Below are positions 9,201-18,305 of a DNA stretch of 64,000 nucleotides, in pieces. The stretch covers positions 2,144,001 to 2,208,000 of the forward strand of contig CBDCJO010000002.1 in NCBI GenBank assembly GCA_965217865.1, in the 5' to 3' direction. The stretch's first letter is position 1, and the number at the start of each line of letters is the position of its first letter. The notes under the pieces were generated by a model that was given only the letters and a program-made list of their open reading frames with translations, did not search any database and was not told the DNA's origin. The position numbers were made by a program, and so were the translations under genes. This DNA is from Candidatus Latescibacterota bacterium (GTDB lineage Bacteria; Latescibacterota; UBA2968; SICM01).

Positions 9201-10906
9201 CCGCCGGCCCCCCTCGCCGTTCTTATGGCCCCGCTCGAGGTCCCCAGTTTCCGGTAGACGATCAGGACGCTGTCCGCCGGCTCGCTGAGCAAGAAGACCA
9301 CGGGAGATGTCGCGGCGTTGAAGGTGTCCTTGTTGGACCCTGCGATCGTCCGGGGGAAATAGGACCCGAACGAGAGCGGGGTGGAGTCGAATGTCGCTCC
9401 GTTTCTGGTCACTTTGGTCGTGTTCCCCACGGAGTCCGTGGCGGCCAGGATCACATCGACAGCCGAGCCCGCCGCTGCCGGGGAGGTGATCGTCCCTTCA
9501 ACCGAAAACCCATTTCCCAGGGTATCAGCTACATCCATGGTGAATGTACCGGAGCCCTGGATTTCTCTGGCAGCCCCGCGGGTCCAGGTCCGGGTGTCCC
9601 CGTCCTTCTTGATCTCCACCGTGAACGAGTCGGCGATCTCATCCAGTTTCCATTCGATCGGCTGCGCAGCGAACACCTTCTCTTCAAGCGCGTCTCCGCT
9701 GAAGTTGATCACGCTGTGGAGGTAACTCTTCACACCCGTGAACCAGCCGACTTCGCCGTTTTCTGATATAGAGGGTGTTGTGACCTCGAGCCCAGGAGCC
9801 TGTACGTCGATCTTGACCCACCGTCTAACTGTCGGCGTGAAATAAGCTGGGGGACCTCCAGGGCTCTCCCCCGCTATGTTTCCTGCCATGTCCGTCACCG
9901 CCGCACGCGGGTATACGTCAAGTTTGCCCGTGAACTTAAGGGCCGGATCCAACGTGATCGTCTTTCGTGCGATGGAACCGGCAGAATGATTAGTGATCAC
10001 GTAGGCGGTCGCGATATGATCCGCCGAGAGAGTGTCCCCCGCGTTTTTGGTGATACTCGCATTCAGGAAGTCCAAGGCACTGAATTCGACCTTGATCCTC
10101 GCATCCGCCGCCGTGGCATCCAAGGTGTCCACCAGAACCGTTATACCCCGCACCCCGGCCCCTTGGGCCGCCTGGTTGATGAATTCTTGCTCAACCACCA
10201 CATTGATGCCCATCACCTCCCCCGCCCTGTACCCGAACCGAGCAGAGTCGTCGCTTGCTGTTGTGTTCGCCAGCAGGCGAGGAATGTATCCCCTGTTCGT
10301 GGCCACATCAGACCCGTCGTGGTCTTCCGCTGTTTGCACATCCGGACGGATATTGGCATCCAAATAGACGTATCTGATATTTGCCGCGTTATTGGGGCGT
10401 TGCCCATCGATCCCGAACGTCTTGCCGTCACCGACCTTTCCCCTGCTAGGATCCACCGCGACTGCGTTGTTCGTATTCAGGCTGATGAACCGCACCGGGT
10501 TTCCCCCTTCAGGGGCTTCTACCTCCGCAGTGACAGCAAGAAGGCTTATATTCTCCGGATCTCCCGCCGCGACGACAAAGCTCGCCCGGAAGGTGGGCGG
10601 ACCACCTACCCTCGTGATGTCTGCCGCATCGGCCTCAAACTGAGAGCCAATAGCAGCGAGAGATGAGTCTGCATCCGTACTGGACTCGGCTTGCACGATC
10701 CGGACTACTACCCTGGCCGGCTGTGGCGCCAGCGTGTTGATCACCCTGACCACGACGGAGTCCCCGATGGCGACCACTTTACCGCTGTCCGGCCGATCAA
10801 CCCTGATGATTATACCCGCGGTGATCTGACCCGTCGCCGAGGAACTGATGCCCAACACGAGCAGCACCCCCAGCAAAAGGCCACAAAATCGTTTAACTTG
10901 CATCAT
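6236..10906 (-). CDS. Large secreted multidomain protein (1556 aa): Ig-like repeats, dockerin-like EF-hand pair, cohesin-like domain, FlgD-Ig/T9SS-like CTD
   Basis: Signal peptide; ADLDDFFEFSYNFG / DTNDDGKVDLDDFFAFSVSFG; VDVTVSDAVDLKGYGFTLTYD..SGTVAQFVF; QNYPNPFNP..WDGRDDRG..SSGIYFY..KKLMLLK. Confidence 0.85.
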   Translation of the reverse strand: MMQVKRFCGLLLGVLLVLGISSSATGQITAGIIIRVDRPDSGKVVAIGDSVVVRVINTLAPQPARVVVRIVQAESSTDADSSLAAIGSQFEADAADITRVGGPPTFRASFVVAAGDPENISLLAVTAEVEAPEGGNPVRFISLNTNNAVAVDPSRGKVGDGKTFGIDGQRPNNAANIRYVYLDANIRPDVQTAEDHDGSDVATNRGYIPRLLANTTASDDSARFGYRAGEVMGINVVVEQEFINQAAQGAGVRGITVLVDTLDATAADARIKVEFSALDFLNASITKNAGDTLSADHIATAYVITNHSAGSIARKTITLDPALKFTGKLDVYPRAAVTDMAGNIAGESPGGPPAYFTPTVRRWVKIDVQAPGLEVTTPSISENGEVGWFTGVKSYLHSVINFSGDALEEKVFAAQPIEWKLDEIADSFTVEIKKDGDTRTWTRGAAREIQGSGTFTMDVADTLGNGFSVEGTITSPAAAGSAVDVILAATDSVGNTTKVTRNGATFDSTPLSFGSYFPRTIAGSNKDTFNAATSPVVFLLSEPADSVLIVYRKLGTSSGAIRTARGAGGGNPNIDLTSTTVTQKVDIDVDSLDDKTFYALQLFGRDRAYNWTVTEPPDTLFYDVGFQAAQPDSIRVEVTSNDTVVVGDGSGVTLQVTGWDTVLKANSPDYNPNGVLVTVWSSDETADLSGVHISGMGVTEQPALIEGGRRRATLGPQWILGSRSITVSNMVVQDRIFVNVMDTVSAVHSSGKSAGLVYEAGQMTKYRLMASSLDTTDEQAGRAFLVHVQPQDKFGNPSLKQADLIYTDSSGGNALEVIYLEFSSNYEGLGVPQGPQTIGSAGWTEFSFQAPNVNDEVLITAVTTNLDQFMDGTSAQAQAIGTLYVRITGGPVGPQLPGDPTVLKPDTLVVENYMGADGMGDQGGFVLATWPNTTQHGRLSAYRIWRFIQVNHGLDDSGALTELTASAGEWVPWAKVDAVPPIAAAQAVSRAVIPTLDNQQTRWAITAEMGGKPSDATLSLAKVVYSAESVKQTLALLGIRSVMPAEEVLNIFGPSYEYRTSILGDRKDLLLGVLDLDGLRKTAMRLPEGIRAQVAQVRASAATVAAGLAAGTDDLPPAAVSGEEATTDDREVTLTWEVSVDDRIVGLTPYRGYITPIPGVRTYEILRGPDDENLEVVASLSAGSGSFSEVVPEEFGDEFVYRIDATDLDNTTLGQPVLVSFERRRIQYFTATSTPVFLMLAEGDPHFNLVADLDDFFEFSYNFGQDDAAGNPVLNPQADTNDDGKVDLDDFFAFSVSFGLEAEAPSTESAGKIAVQMPAFGANRETGLELKLASARVLPGQPVQVDVTVSDAVDLKGYGFTLTYDAQKFELVEVTPGDDNLLTQGGVTPVFLEVTGPGKVQVANAISGEGSVAGSGTVAQFVFNVKGEFEDAVRFEIDNGILVDGDRLLNPVLTLDVLEIQTTPTEFALRQNYPNPFNPETTIKFDLAESGQVELRIYNMVGQVVRTLVDENQAAGRYSIRWDGRDDRGLTVSSGIYFYSLRADKFRAVKKLMLLK

Positions 10907-11421
10907 CGACCTCCCGAAAAAATGGACACCTGGACAAAGGATCGACCCCCTGCTATCACATCTTATGAGTCCTCAAACCGCCCCTTTGTTGAGATCCCGC
11001 GCAACGCGCGAAACAGATTTACACAAGAACATTGTGTGGGGTTACGAAAGGTGGATCCCAGAGGGCATCAAACCTTGCTATCGTCGCTGACGCAACCCCT
11101 CCCTTCTTGAGTTTCCTTTATTTGTGATTCTGTAATTCATTAATTCACCGTCTCGATCAATTTTAAAAGTTGTGATCCGAAAAGCAATCGTCCAAACCGT
11201 TCAAAGATCATATGACCCGCAACACCTCCTTACCGAAAAGTAATTAAACAAACGATCACACATGCAAGCCACAGAACTCCCCTGATTTCAGAGCGGCCTG
11301 AATGATGACGTTACGGAATTCTTTATAAAATTGATGATGGGGTCGGGTGCAAAAACCACATCACCCCCAGAATCCGGCAGAACAAACCCAAACAAGCTAA
11401 GTGACCTAATAAACAGCACTA

Positions 11422-11450
11422 AGTATATAATATCGAACTTTAAATGTCAA
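11422..11450 (-). promoter_or_regulatory. sigma70 promoter P1 of surface-protein operon
   Basis: TTGACA-17 bp-TATACT. Confidence 0.7.
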
Positions 11451-11516
11451 GTGGTTTTTCGGTTTAGGCACCAAATATTTCTTTTAAACTTTGACCCGGG
11501 GTCAAGCCCAAACTTA

Positions 11517-11545
11517 ATTGTATGAAATAATTCTTGATCTGTCAA
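11517..11545 (-). promoter_or_regulatory. sigma70 promoter P2 of surface-protein operon
   Basis: TTGACA-17 bp-TACAAT. Confidence 0.7.
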
Positions 11546-11700
11546 GTTTTTTTTGTCGATGCGAATCGTCAAAGTTTGTGAAAGATAAAAGAATGGGGGT
11601 TGAACACAATATGTTGAATAAACATAAATTACAACTACAAGATATTGAACGATCGGGGATAAAAAAATCACGGATATTTCCTTGAAATTACTCCAATCCT

Positions 11701-14172
11701 TTAACCGGATCGGTGACGAGCGTCACGTAATCTTAAAAATTCCCGGATCCAATCAAACTTGACAGCTAAAATAATCATCACTATCGATAAAAACGTGATC
11801 CATTTCCCGACCCGATAAGGCCATGAATCGTACGTGAAAACGACGCGATTTTCCCCACGCTCCAGAGGCACGGCTCGAAGTGTGGTATAGGCCCTTTGAA
11901 CCCCGACCACCTTCCCGTTCACCTCGGCCTTCCAGTAGGGCAGGAAGTTGTCCGAGAGAACGAGCACGCCCCGGCGCGACATGCTCGCCCGAAGCACAAC
12001 ACGATTCCCTTGGTATTTTAGTTCATCGACCCTTCCCGCGGGTCCCGCACCCCCGGGCATCTCCCTCCAGTCGGGATCCTCCTCCAGCAACACCGTGTTT
12101 CGGAAGTCCGCATCCCTGTTGACCAGGCGCTCCAGGATCCGCTCCGCACTCCCCACGACCTCATAGCCTCCCGCGATGAACGCGCGACTTGCCATGCTCG
12201 AATTTTCAACGACCTGGACATCCCCATCCTGGCCGTGTCGATATAAGATGTAACGAACGTTCAGAAGGTTTAAAAAAGTGTTTTCGACCGATGCCTCGTC
12301 TTCGCGCACGGACAGGCCCCGCAGAAGATTCCGATCGCGCTCCCCCCGAAAACTCCGGAACCATCGGGTCTCGTTGTCGTGGAATCCATTCACCCCCCCC
12401 ACGGTTTCAATTCTGTGAGCCCCGAGTTCATTTGGAGCGTGAAGACCGGACAGATCGAGCACACGGAATGGCCCGTCCTTTAACATCCGGTCCCGGATCC
12501 CTGCGATCAGCAGGCTCGTCCGAAAACCGGGTTGCAGATCGGGATCAACGATTTTGATGAACCCGCGATCGATCCGCCAGGTGTCGATCACGACCAGGAT
12601 CGCCAGGCCCGCAACGACCCAGAGGCCCGGGAGGCCCCGCAGCCTTGCCCAGGCCAGGGACAGGGTCCCCAACCCGATAATCGTTGCCATCACAATCCCC
12701 GTCCGAATCCCGGGATAGGCTGCCGCCAGAACCGTTCGCTTCTCGGGTGTGATCTCCTGATAGAACAACCCGATCCACAAATCGATCGTCGATCGGGTGA
12801 ATACGATGCCGATGACTCCTCCGATCAGGATGATCGCGCCGACGATCCTCAGGATTCGAACGTCACGTTCGGTCTTCAATCCGTTCTCCCGATTCAGAAC
12901 GTGATCCACCCCGACCGCGCCCAGCGTGCAGGCGCAGAAGGCATAGAGGAATGCGATCATCCCCTGCGCACGGAAATTCTGGACTCCGGGAAGCCATTCG
13001 TAACACAGCCCGAAAAGGGGCGTATGGTAGGTCAAGGCATAGGCGAGAGCCAGAATCCCTCCGCTCAAAAAGAACCACTTCCTTCTATCCTCTCGGCAGG
13101 CCAGGCCCAGGACAGCGAAAATAAGGGGGATGATCCCCGCGTACTCCGAATTGAGCTTGAAGGGGTTCCGGCCCCAGTAAGTGTCGTCGTCCTTATCCAC
13201 GTATCCGACGAAGTCCGGTACGACCAGCGAGGCGATCTCCTCGGGATGCAGGGAGAATGAGGTCGCGTGCTCGAAACTCGTCTTCTCCGCGGTCCCGCGA
13301 ACCGAATAATTGTTGACATATATATATGTAGGGAGGAGCTGCAGGGCCCCCACGGCCAGGGTCAGTCCCATCGCAACCGAGAAGGCGCAGCCCAGTTTTA
13401 CGGCCTCTCCATATCGCCCGGCCGACCCCTGGGTTGTTTTAAGATCCCTCAAAAGAATGAATAACCGGAACAAAAAGTAGAGCCCGACCCCCCATAGCGC
13501 GAAATAAGCCATCTGGTTATGCGAGCTTAGAATCGATAAACCGGCCACCCCACCGAGCGTTGCGAAATAACGAAACCGCCTCGTCTGAAACCCCCTTTCC
13601 AAACAATAGAATTGATAGGGAAGGAGCGCGATGACGTACATCTTGGCATCGTGGCCTGCGAATACGAAAGAGACCAGGGTCGGCGCAAACATATAAAACA
13701 GTCCGCCGATTGCCGCGGCTGCCTGGCGAAGCCCGAATGCCCTCAGGAAAAGGAACATTCCCAGGCCGGCCAGGAAGACATGAATCACCAGTTTGTACCC
13801 GAGGGCCCGGTGGAGGGGCAGCAGAAACTGTAAAATCGTGATCGGGTAGAATGTGTCCCCGTGCATGGCATCCACAAAAGGGAGTCCACCCAGGATAAAC
13901 CGGTCCCACAACGGCATGGCTGTATATTCCCGGACGAAATCCCGGTAAAGTCCGCGGAAAAATATGCCGGACGGGATCGTATCCGAGCCGAACAACATAT
14001 CTTCGGTCGCGACAAAATCAAAAAACAGGACCAGGGTGAGGACCAGATAGACACACACCACAAGCACCGAACCTCGCGGTCTACCATCCAATAGTCCGGC
14101 GTATTCGAGACCCGGACTTCCGGCCTTCTTTCCGATAGGCTCGGTCCTGCGGGTTCGTCTCGACTTTCCCAA
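11701..14172 (-). CDS. YfhO-family polytopic membrane protein (GT-C-type glycosyltransferase)
   Basis: PLWD....GGLPF...FYP, many TM helices, C-terminal LVLSDNFLPYWKAEVNG...LRAVPL..G...V.F.Y. Confidence 0.82.
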   Translation of the reverse strand: MGKSRRTRRTEPIGKKAGSPGLEYAGLLDGRPRGSVLVVCVYLVLTLVLFFDFVATEDMLFGSDTIPSGIFFRGLYRDFVREYTAMPLWDRFILGGLPFVDAMHGDTFYPITILQFLLPLHRALGYKLVIHVFLAGLGMFLFLRAFGLRQAAAAIGGLFYMFAPTLVSFVFAGHDAKMYVIALLPYQFYCLERGFQTRRFRYFATLGGVAGLSILSSHNQMAYFALWGVGLYFLFRLFILLRDLKTTQGSAGRYGEAVKLGCAFSVAMGLTLAVGALQLLPTYIYVNNYSVRGTAEKTSFEHATSFSLHPEEIASLVVPDFVGYVDKDDDTYWGRNPFKLNSEYAGIIPLIFAVLGLACREDRRKWFFLSGGILALAYALTYHTPLFGLCYEWLPGVQNFRAQGMIAFLYAFCACTLGAVGVDHVLNRENGLKTERDVRILRIVGAIILIGGVIGIVFTRSTIDLWIGLFYQEITPEKRTVLAAAYPGIRTGIVMATIIGLGTLSLAWARLRGLPGLWVVAGLAILVVIDTWRIDRGFIKIVDPDLQPGFRTSLLIAGIRDRMLKDGPFRVLDLSGLHAPNELGAHRIETVGGVNGFHDNETRWFRSFRGERDRNLLRGLSVREDEASVENTFLNLLNVRYILYRHGQDGDVQVVENSSMASRAFIAGGYEVVGSAERILERLVNRDADFRNTVLLEEDPDWREMPGGAGPAGRVDELKYQGNRVVLRASMSRRGVLVLSDNFLPYWKAEVNGKVVGVQRAYTTLRAVPLERGENRVVFTYDSWPYRVGKWITFLSIVMIILAVKFDWIREFLRLRDARHRSG

Positions 14173-14306
14173 CTTCTCTCTCCTTCTTCGCTAAAATTTT
14201 GACAAAAAAAAGCAGGGTCACCTTATAGACCGCTGCCTGGTACGAGCCGTTAAATCCATCGTTGCGAAACGCGCGGGCCTTATGCCTGGCCCTTCAAACC
14301 AGCACG

Positions 14307-14960
14307 CTATGCGTCGGTGCTTTTCTCGATCCGTCCGATCTCGTCGCGAATTATAGCCGCCTGTTCATATTCCTCCCGGGCGACCGCCTCCTGAAGCCTG
14401 GATTTCAACTGGACAATCTTTTTTTCAACGGTATCCGGCTCTGCATCTTCTTTTTCATTCACCAGGGGTGGGGGTGGCTCGACATCGGCAAATTCGGGTA
14501 CTTCCGTTTTCTCCTCCGATATCAATTCGATAGACCCTTCGATTTCTGATTGCTTCTCGACGAGAACTCCGGCCTTCACCAGGACCTGCTCCGAAACGAA
14601 AATAGAGGCCCCGACCCTGAGGGCGAGGGCAATAGCGTCGCTCGGCCGTGAATCGATCTCCAGCTTGGACCCGTTCGATTCGATAGAGATCTCAGCGTAA
14701 AACGTGTCCTCTTTCAGGGCATTGATATGGATCTTCACGACCTTTGCATCCAGCCCATCCAGGATCGACTTGAGAAGGTCGTAAGTGATCGGTCTCGGTG
14801 GAGGGTCATTGGACAATTCCATATAGATGGCGCTGGCTTCGAACAACCCGATGCAGATGGGGAGATAGATCCGGGAGGGATCCTCCTTATCTTTCAGCCA
14901 GACAAGGGGACGGTTGGTATTTTGTTCGGGTTGAATTCCGCAAACGACCATTTCGACCAT
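14307..14960 (-). CDS. Bifunctional nuclease (DUF151) with C-terminal UvrB/UvrC motif
   Basis: LPICIG.FEA, RPITYDL, DSRPSDAIALALR, AVAREEYEQAAIIRDEI. Confidence 0.9.
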   Translation of the reverse strand: MVEMVVCGIQPEQNTNRPLVWLKDKEDPSRIYLPICIGLFEASAIYMELSNDPPPRPITYDLLKSILDGLDAKVVKIHINALKEDTFYAEISIESNGSKLEIDSRPSDAIALALRVGASIFVSEQVLVKAGVLVEKQSEIEGSIELISEEKTEVPEFADVEPPPPLVNEKEDAEPDTVEKKIVQLKSRLQEAVAREEYEQAAIIRDEIGRIEKSTDA

Positions 14961-15300
14961 GGTCTTATCACCCTTTCTGAGAATGCCCATGCGAGATCGC
15001 TGGAAGGGACAGGAACCAGAACCAACCTGTAAAACTTAGAATCCCCAACCGAATTCGCATATCCCCCACCCAAACAGGGGACCAAACGGACTATAATTTA
15101 GTGAAAATCCCAGAAAAATCAAGAGGAAAGTGGTGGACAGATGCCTTCTCCAGGCGTCTCGTTTTCCTGGTTCGACCTCATTGTTTCACTTTGATCAAGG
15201 GCAGCCATTTTCCATCCTCTTGAATAAAATGCCTCTGTTCGAGCCTGGAGATCATCTCGGGTGTCTGGCTCTTGAGTAAACTTTCGAACAATCCCCGAAG

Positions 15301-17144
15301 CTAGGCGTCGGCGCAGGAGGATTTCAACTTTTTTCTCAAACAGGATTTGAATAGCTCGAAGTCTTCAACCCTTAAGGCCTGTTCCAGCGCGGATCTGGCC
15401 CCCTCCCAGGTCGAAAAGTCCGGAGGGCGGGCCACGAGATCGGCATAGGACGCCACAATCTCATTCGGAACCTCCGGAGGGGCATAGTAGACCTCGACGT
15501 TATGGAAGCCCCCAAGTTTTTGCCAGTGCGGGGGTGTGCGCTTTACAAACGGGGGGTAGGAGGAATACCCAAACTTGAAATCGCCGACCCCCTTGAACGG
15601 GTTCCGGTCCACAATCGCATAAGCATCCTGAATGTCCCGGATATCAACGGCGTTCTTAAGATGCCTCAATCGGTTCCCGGGCCCGCCCGGCGGATCTCGA
15701 TAGCCGTTCTCACGACCCAGTATAGTGTGACATGCGAAGGGGCCACCAACCCTCCGTCAAGAAGAGATCCTTTTTAGGTCTCCCCTTCAAGAGGTCATAA
15801 GATTCCCGGTACGGAGCAATGTGCTTAAGGCTCTTTGCGGCTTCCTTTTGTGTGATTCCAATCGAGGCCAGGAGGAGAAACAGGACCATAACCACACCGG
15901 AAGCGTTGCGGATCGGATGCGCCCGCCAATCCGAAATCATGCGGTCCGCCAAAAGCGCAACCAGGAGGATTCCCGGCATCGTCTGTAATGAGGAGGAATC
16001 TAGGCTGTTTTCTCAGTTGTTCGTACTTGCTCAGGCTGATCGTTCCATATTCCCCATACATATAGACGATGAACAACCACACGAGCGGGATCAGGAGTGG
16101 GGGCGTGTCCTCAAGAAACCTGAACCAATATGCCTGTGACGGGTTGCGGTCATTGCCCAACGCTTCTTCCTTCTTGGCGTCTTTCCAGGCCCTGATGATC
16201 CAATAGAAAAATGCCGGTATGATAAAATAATAAAAAAATCCCAACAGATAGGGACTGGCCAACGGGATCCGGGGGTAAAACGCATAGAGATCCATCCGCA
16301 CCACCTGCGTCTTGATCATCGGGATCATGAAGGTCAGGTTGCGGATGAACTCAGGGGGCTTGATATAACCCACTGCGGAGGCCTTAATCTTTTCCAACAG
16401 ACTCAGTTCGTAGAAGGGGTTCCCGGTCTTGATCGCATAAAAAAGATACAGGAGTCCCAAGGATAACCCGAAAGCACCGAATATCAACCAGACCCCTCGC
16501 TTCAGTCGGTGGCCGGAGAACGAAAAAAGGACAAAAAAAAGAAAGAAATAGACCGCCGTAACCCGGCACCGAAACGCGGCGAACATCGCCAACCCGCACA
16601 ATCCGTAGAGCCACATGGCCCTCCGCCGATCTGGAGCGGCTTCCCCTTCGATGAAAAAAAGGACCGCGAGCCCCATATAAAATGAGATCGCGATGTCGGG
16701 CATGAGCTTTGTCGCGTAGAGCACATCACCGGGAAACACGGCCATGAGCATCGCCGAATACAGCCCAACCCGGTCCCCGAACAACCGCCGCCCGATCAAA
16801 AACAGAACCAGGATCCCGCCCAGAGAATAGGCGAACGAACCCCAAACTGCAGCAACCTCGCTTTGGCCGAACAGCCAGAAGGAAAGCACAACCGGGAGGA
16901 TGACCGGCCACCTCAGGGAGCGAAACTCGCTCTCTGAGGTGAAATAGGGCTCTTCACCCAGAATCTTGTCTACAAAACCACAGTAGGCGAAATCATCCGC
17001 CACGCAAAGCCCTAAAAAGAATACGATCCGAAGGGACAGGGCTACGGCCAAAATCAGGAGAAGCCCATGTAAAATTTTCGCCCCTGGGGGTCCTGGATTC
17101 TGCAACCGTGTCAACCCGACTCCCATCATGATGCCAATCCTCAA
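15301..17144 (-). pseudogene. ArnT/PMT-like GT-C glycosyltransferase with two frameshifts
   Basis: DD-x-Y motif, multi-TM, PD motif, KQPRFLL; continuation in ORFs 15710-15979 and 15301-15669 (shifts near 15983 and 15721). Confidence 0.72.
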
Positions 17145-17224
17145 TCGGACAAAGGTTTCGCACTTTGCAAAACTGCGTGGGGGTGATCGACAAACCGCTT
17201 ACCCCGAACATCGCGACCAAACCC

Positions 17225-17372
17225 TTAAACTAAAACCCGGTGAAGCATCTCGATGAAACGCAAAAGAATGGATAGCCCGAAGTAGAAATCTCTTAGAGGG
17301 AACAGGAGGGACCTACGCACGCGCGAAGAGCGGGACTGAAGCCACGGCCTTCAGGTCGTGCGGAAGCTGCAA
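17225..17372 (+). mobile_element. Possible orphan right end of an IS200/IS605 (tnpB-type) element
   Basis: GAAGCCACGGCCTTCAGGTCGTG hairpin resembling IS605-group subterminal hairpins; abuts a truncated gene; no transposase present. Confidence 0.4.
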
Positions 17373-17625
17373 TTATGATGCGCGAACTCTCCATTCCTGG
17401 TCGGTATGGGCTTGGGAGAATCCGTCGCCATGGTCACGGACGGGCGCTATCAAGAGGGCCGTGTATTGGCCACGAGTGTCCCGAGGCGGCGATCGGGGGG
17501 GGCATTGGGCTAGGTGGAGGACGGCGATCCGATTCAGATAGACACACCGAATGGACGACTCGATCTGATGGTCCCCGAAGCCGAACTCCAGACCCGACGT
17601 TCCGCATGGCATCCCATCCCGGTGT
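17373..17625 (+). pseudogene. ilvD: Dihydroxy-acid dehydratase C-terminal remnant
   Basis: Across frames: MRELSIP, GMGLGESVAMVTDGRY, RGPCIGHECPEAAIGG, VEDGDPIQIDTPNGRLDL..EAELQTRR..W. Confidence 0.85.
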
Positions 17626-17630
17626 TCTTC

Positions 17631-18305
17631 TTAAACCCTATCTTCCCCCAGCGCATTCCGATATTCCTTTACAGCAGCCATCACATCAGGAGCCGAGAGG
17701 ATCCCGGAGATCACCGCCACGCCGTGCGCCCCGGCCTCCACACATGGCTTGACCCGGTTTGGGAGGATTCCCCCGATCGCAAATACGGGAATCGACAGAA
17801 GGCGGGTAACGGTTTCTAGGTTTTGAAGACCAACGGGTTCGCCATATGCGGCCTTCGATGGCGTAAAATATACCGGTCCGTACGTGACGAAATCCGCCCC
17901 TTCATCCTCCGCCCGTCGGGCCTTATCCGGGTCGTGCGTGGAAACCCCAATGATTCCGCGCCCCCCCATCGCCTTTCGAGCAGCCGGAACAGGCATCCCG
18001 TTCTCGGGCAGATGAACCCCAAACGCCCCAACCGGACCTGCGATGTCCGCTCGATCGTTGATCAAAAGGCGCGCACCGATCCCTTCAACAAGGGAATAAA
18101 TCTCTTCGGCGAGGTCCCAGAATGCCTTGGTGCTGAGATCCTTTTCCCGGAGTTGAACAGCTCGGACGCCCGCTTCGCACGCGACCTGCAGAACCGATGC
18201 CAGACGACGACCCTCACATCGATGGCGATCCGTGATCAGGTAAAGACGAAAATCGACCATCCAGACACCGTTCGGCCCCAGCAGAAAACGCCAACTCCCT
18301 TTCAA
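17631..18305 (-). CDS. thiE: Thiamine-phosphate synthase (alternative start 18260)
   Basis: LYLITD, VQLREK, LLINDR, GVHL, GVSTH, TPSK, AIGGI. Confidence 0.95.
   Translation of the reverse strand: MKGSWRFLLGPNGVWMVDFRLYLITDRHRCEGRRLASVLQVACEAGVRAVQLREKDLSTKAFWDLAEEIYSLVEGIGARLLINDRADIAGPVGAFGVHLPENGMPVPAARKAMGGRGIIGVSTHDPDKARRAEDEGADFVTYGPVYFTPSKAAYGEPVGLQNLETVTRLLSIPVFAIGGILPNRVKPCVEAGAHGVAVISGILSAPDVMAAVKEYRNALGEDRV

Noticed and set aside
15710-15712. TGA in the GT-C gene as selenocysteine
   Set aside because: The downstream coding sequence is in a different frame and there is no Cys-type motif; it is a frameshift.
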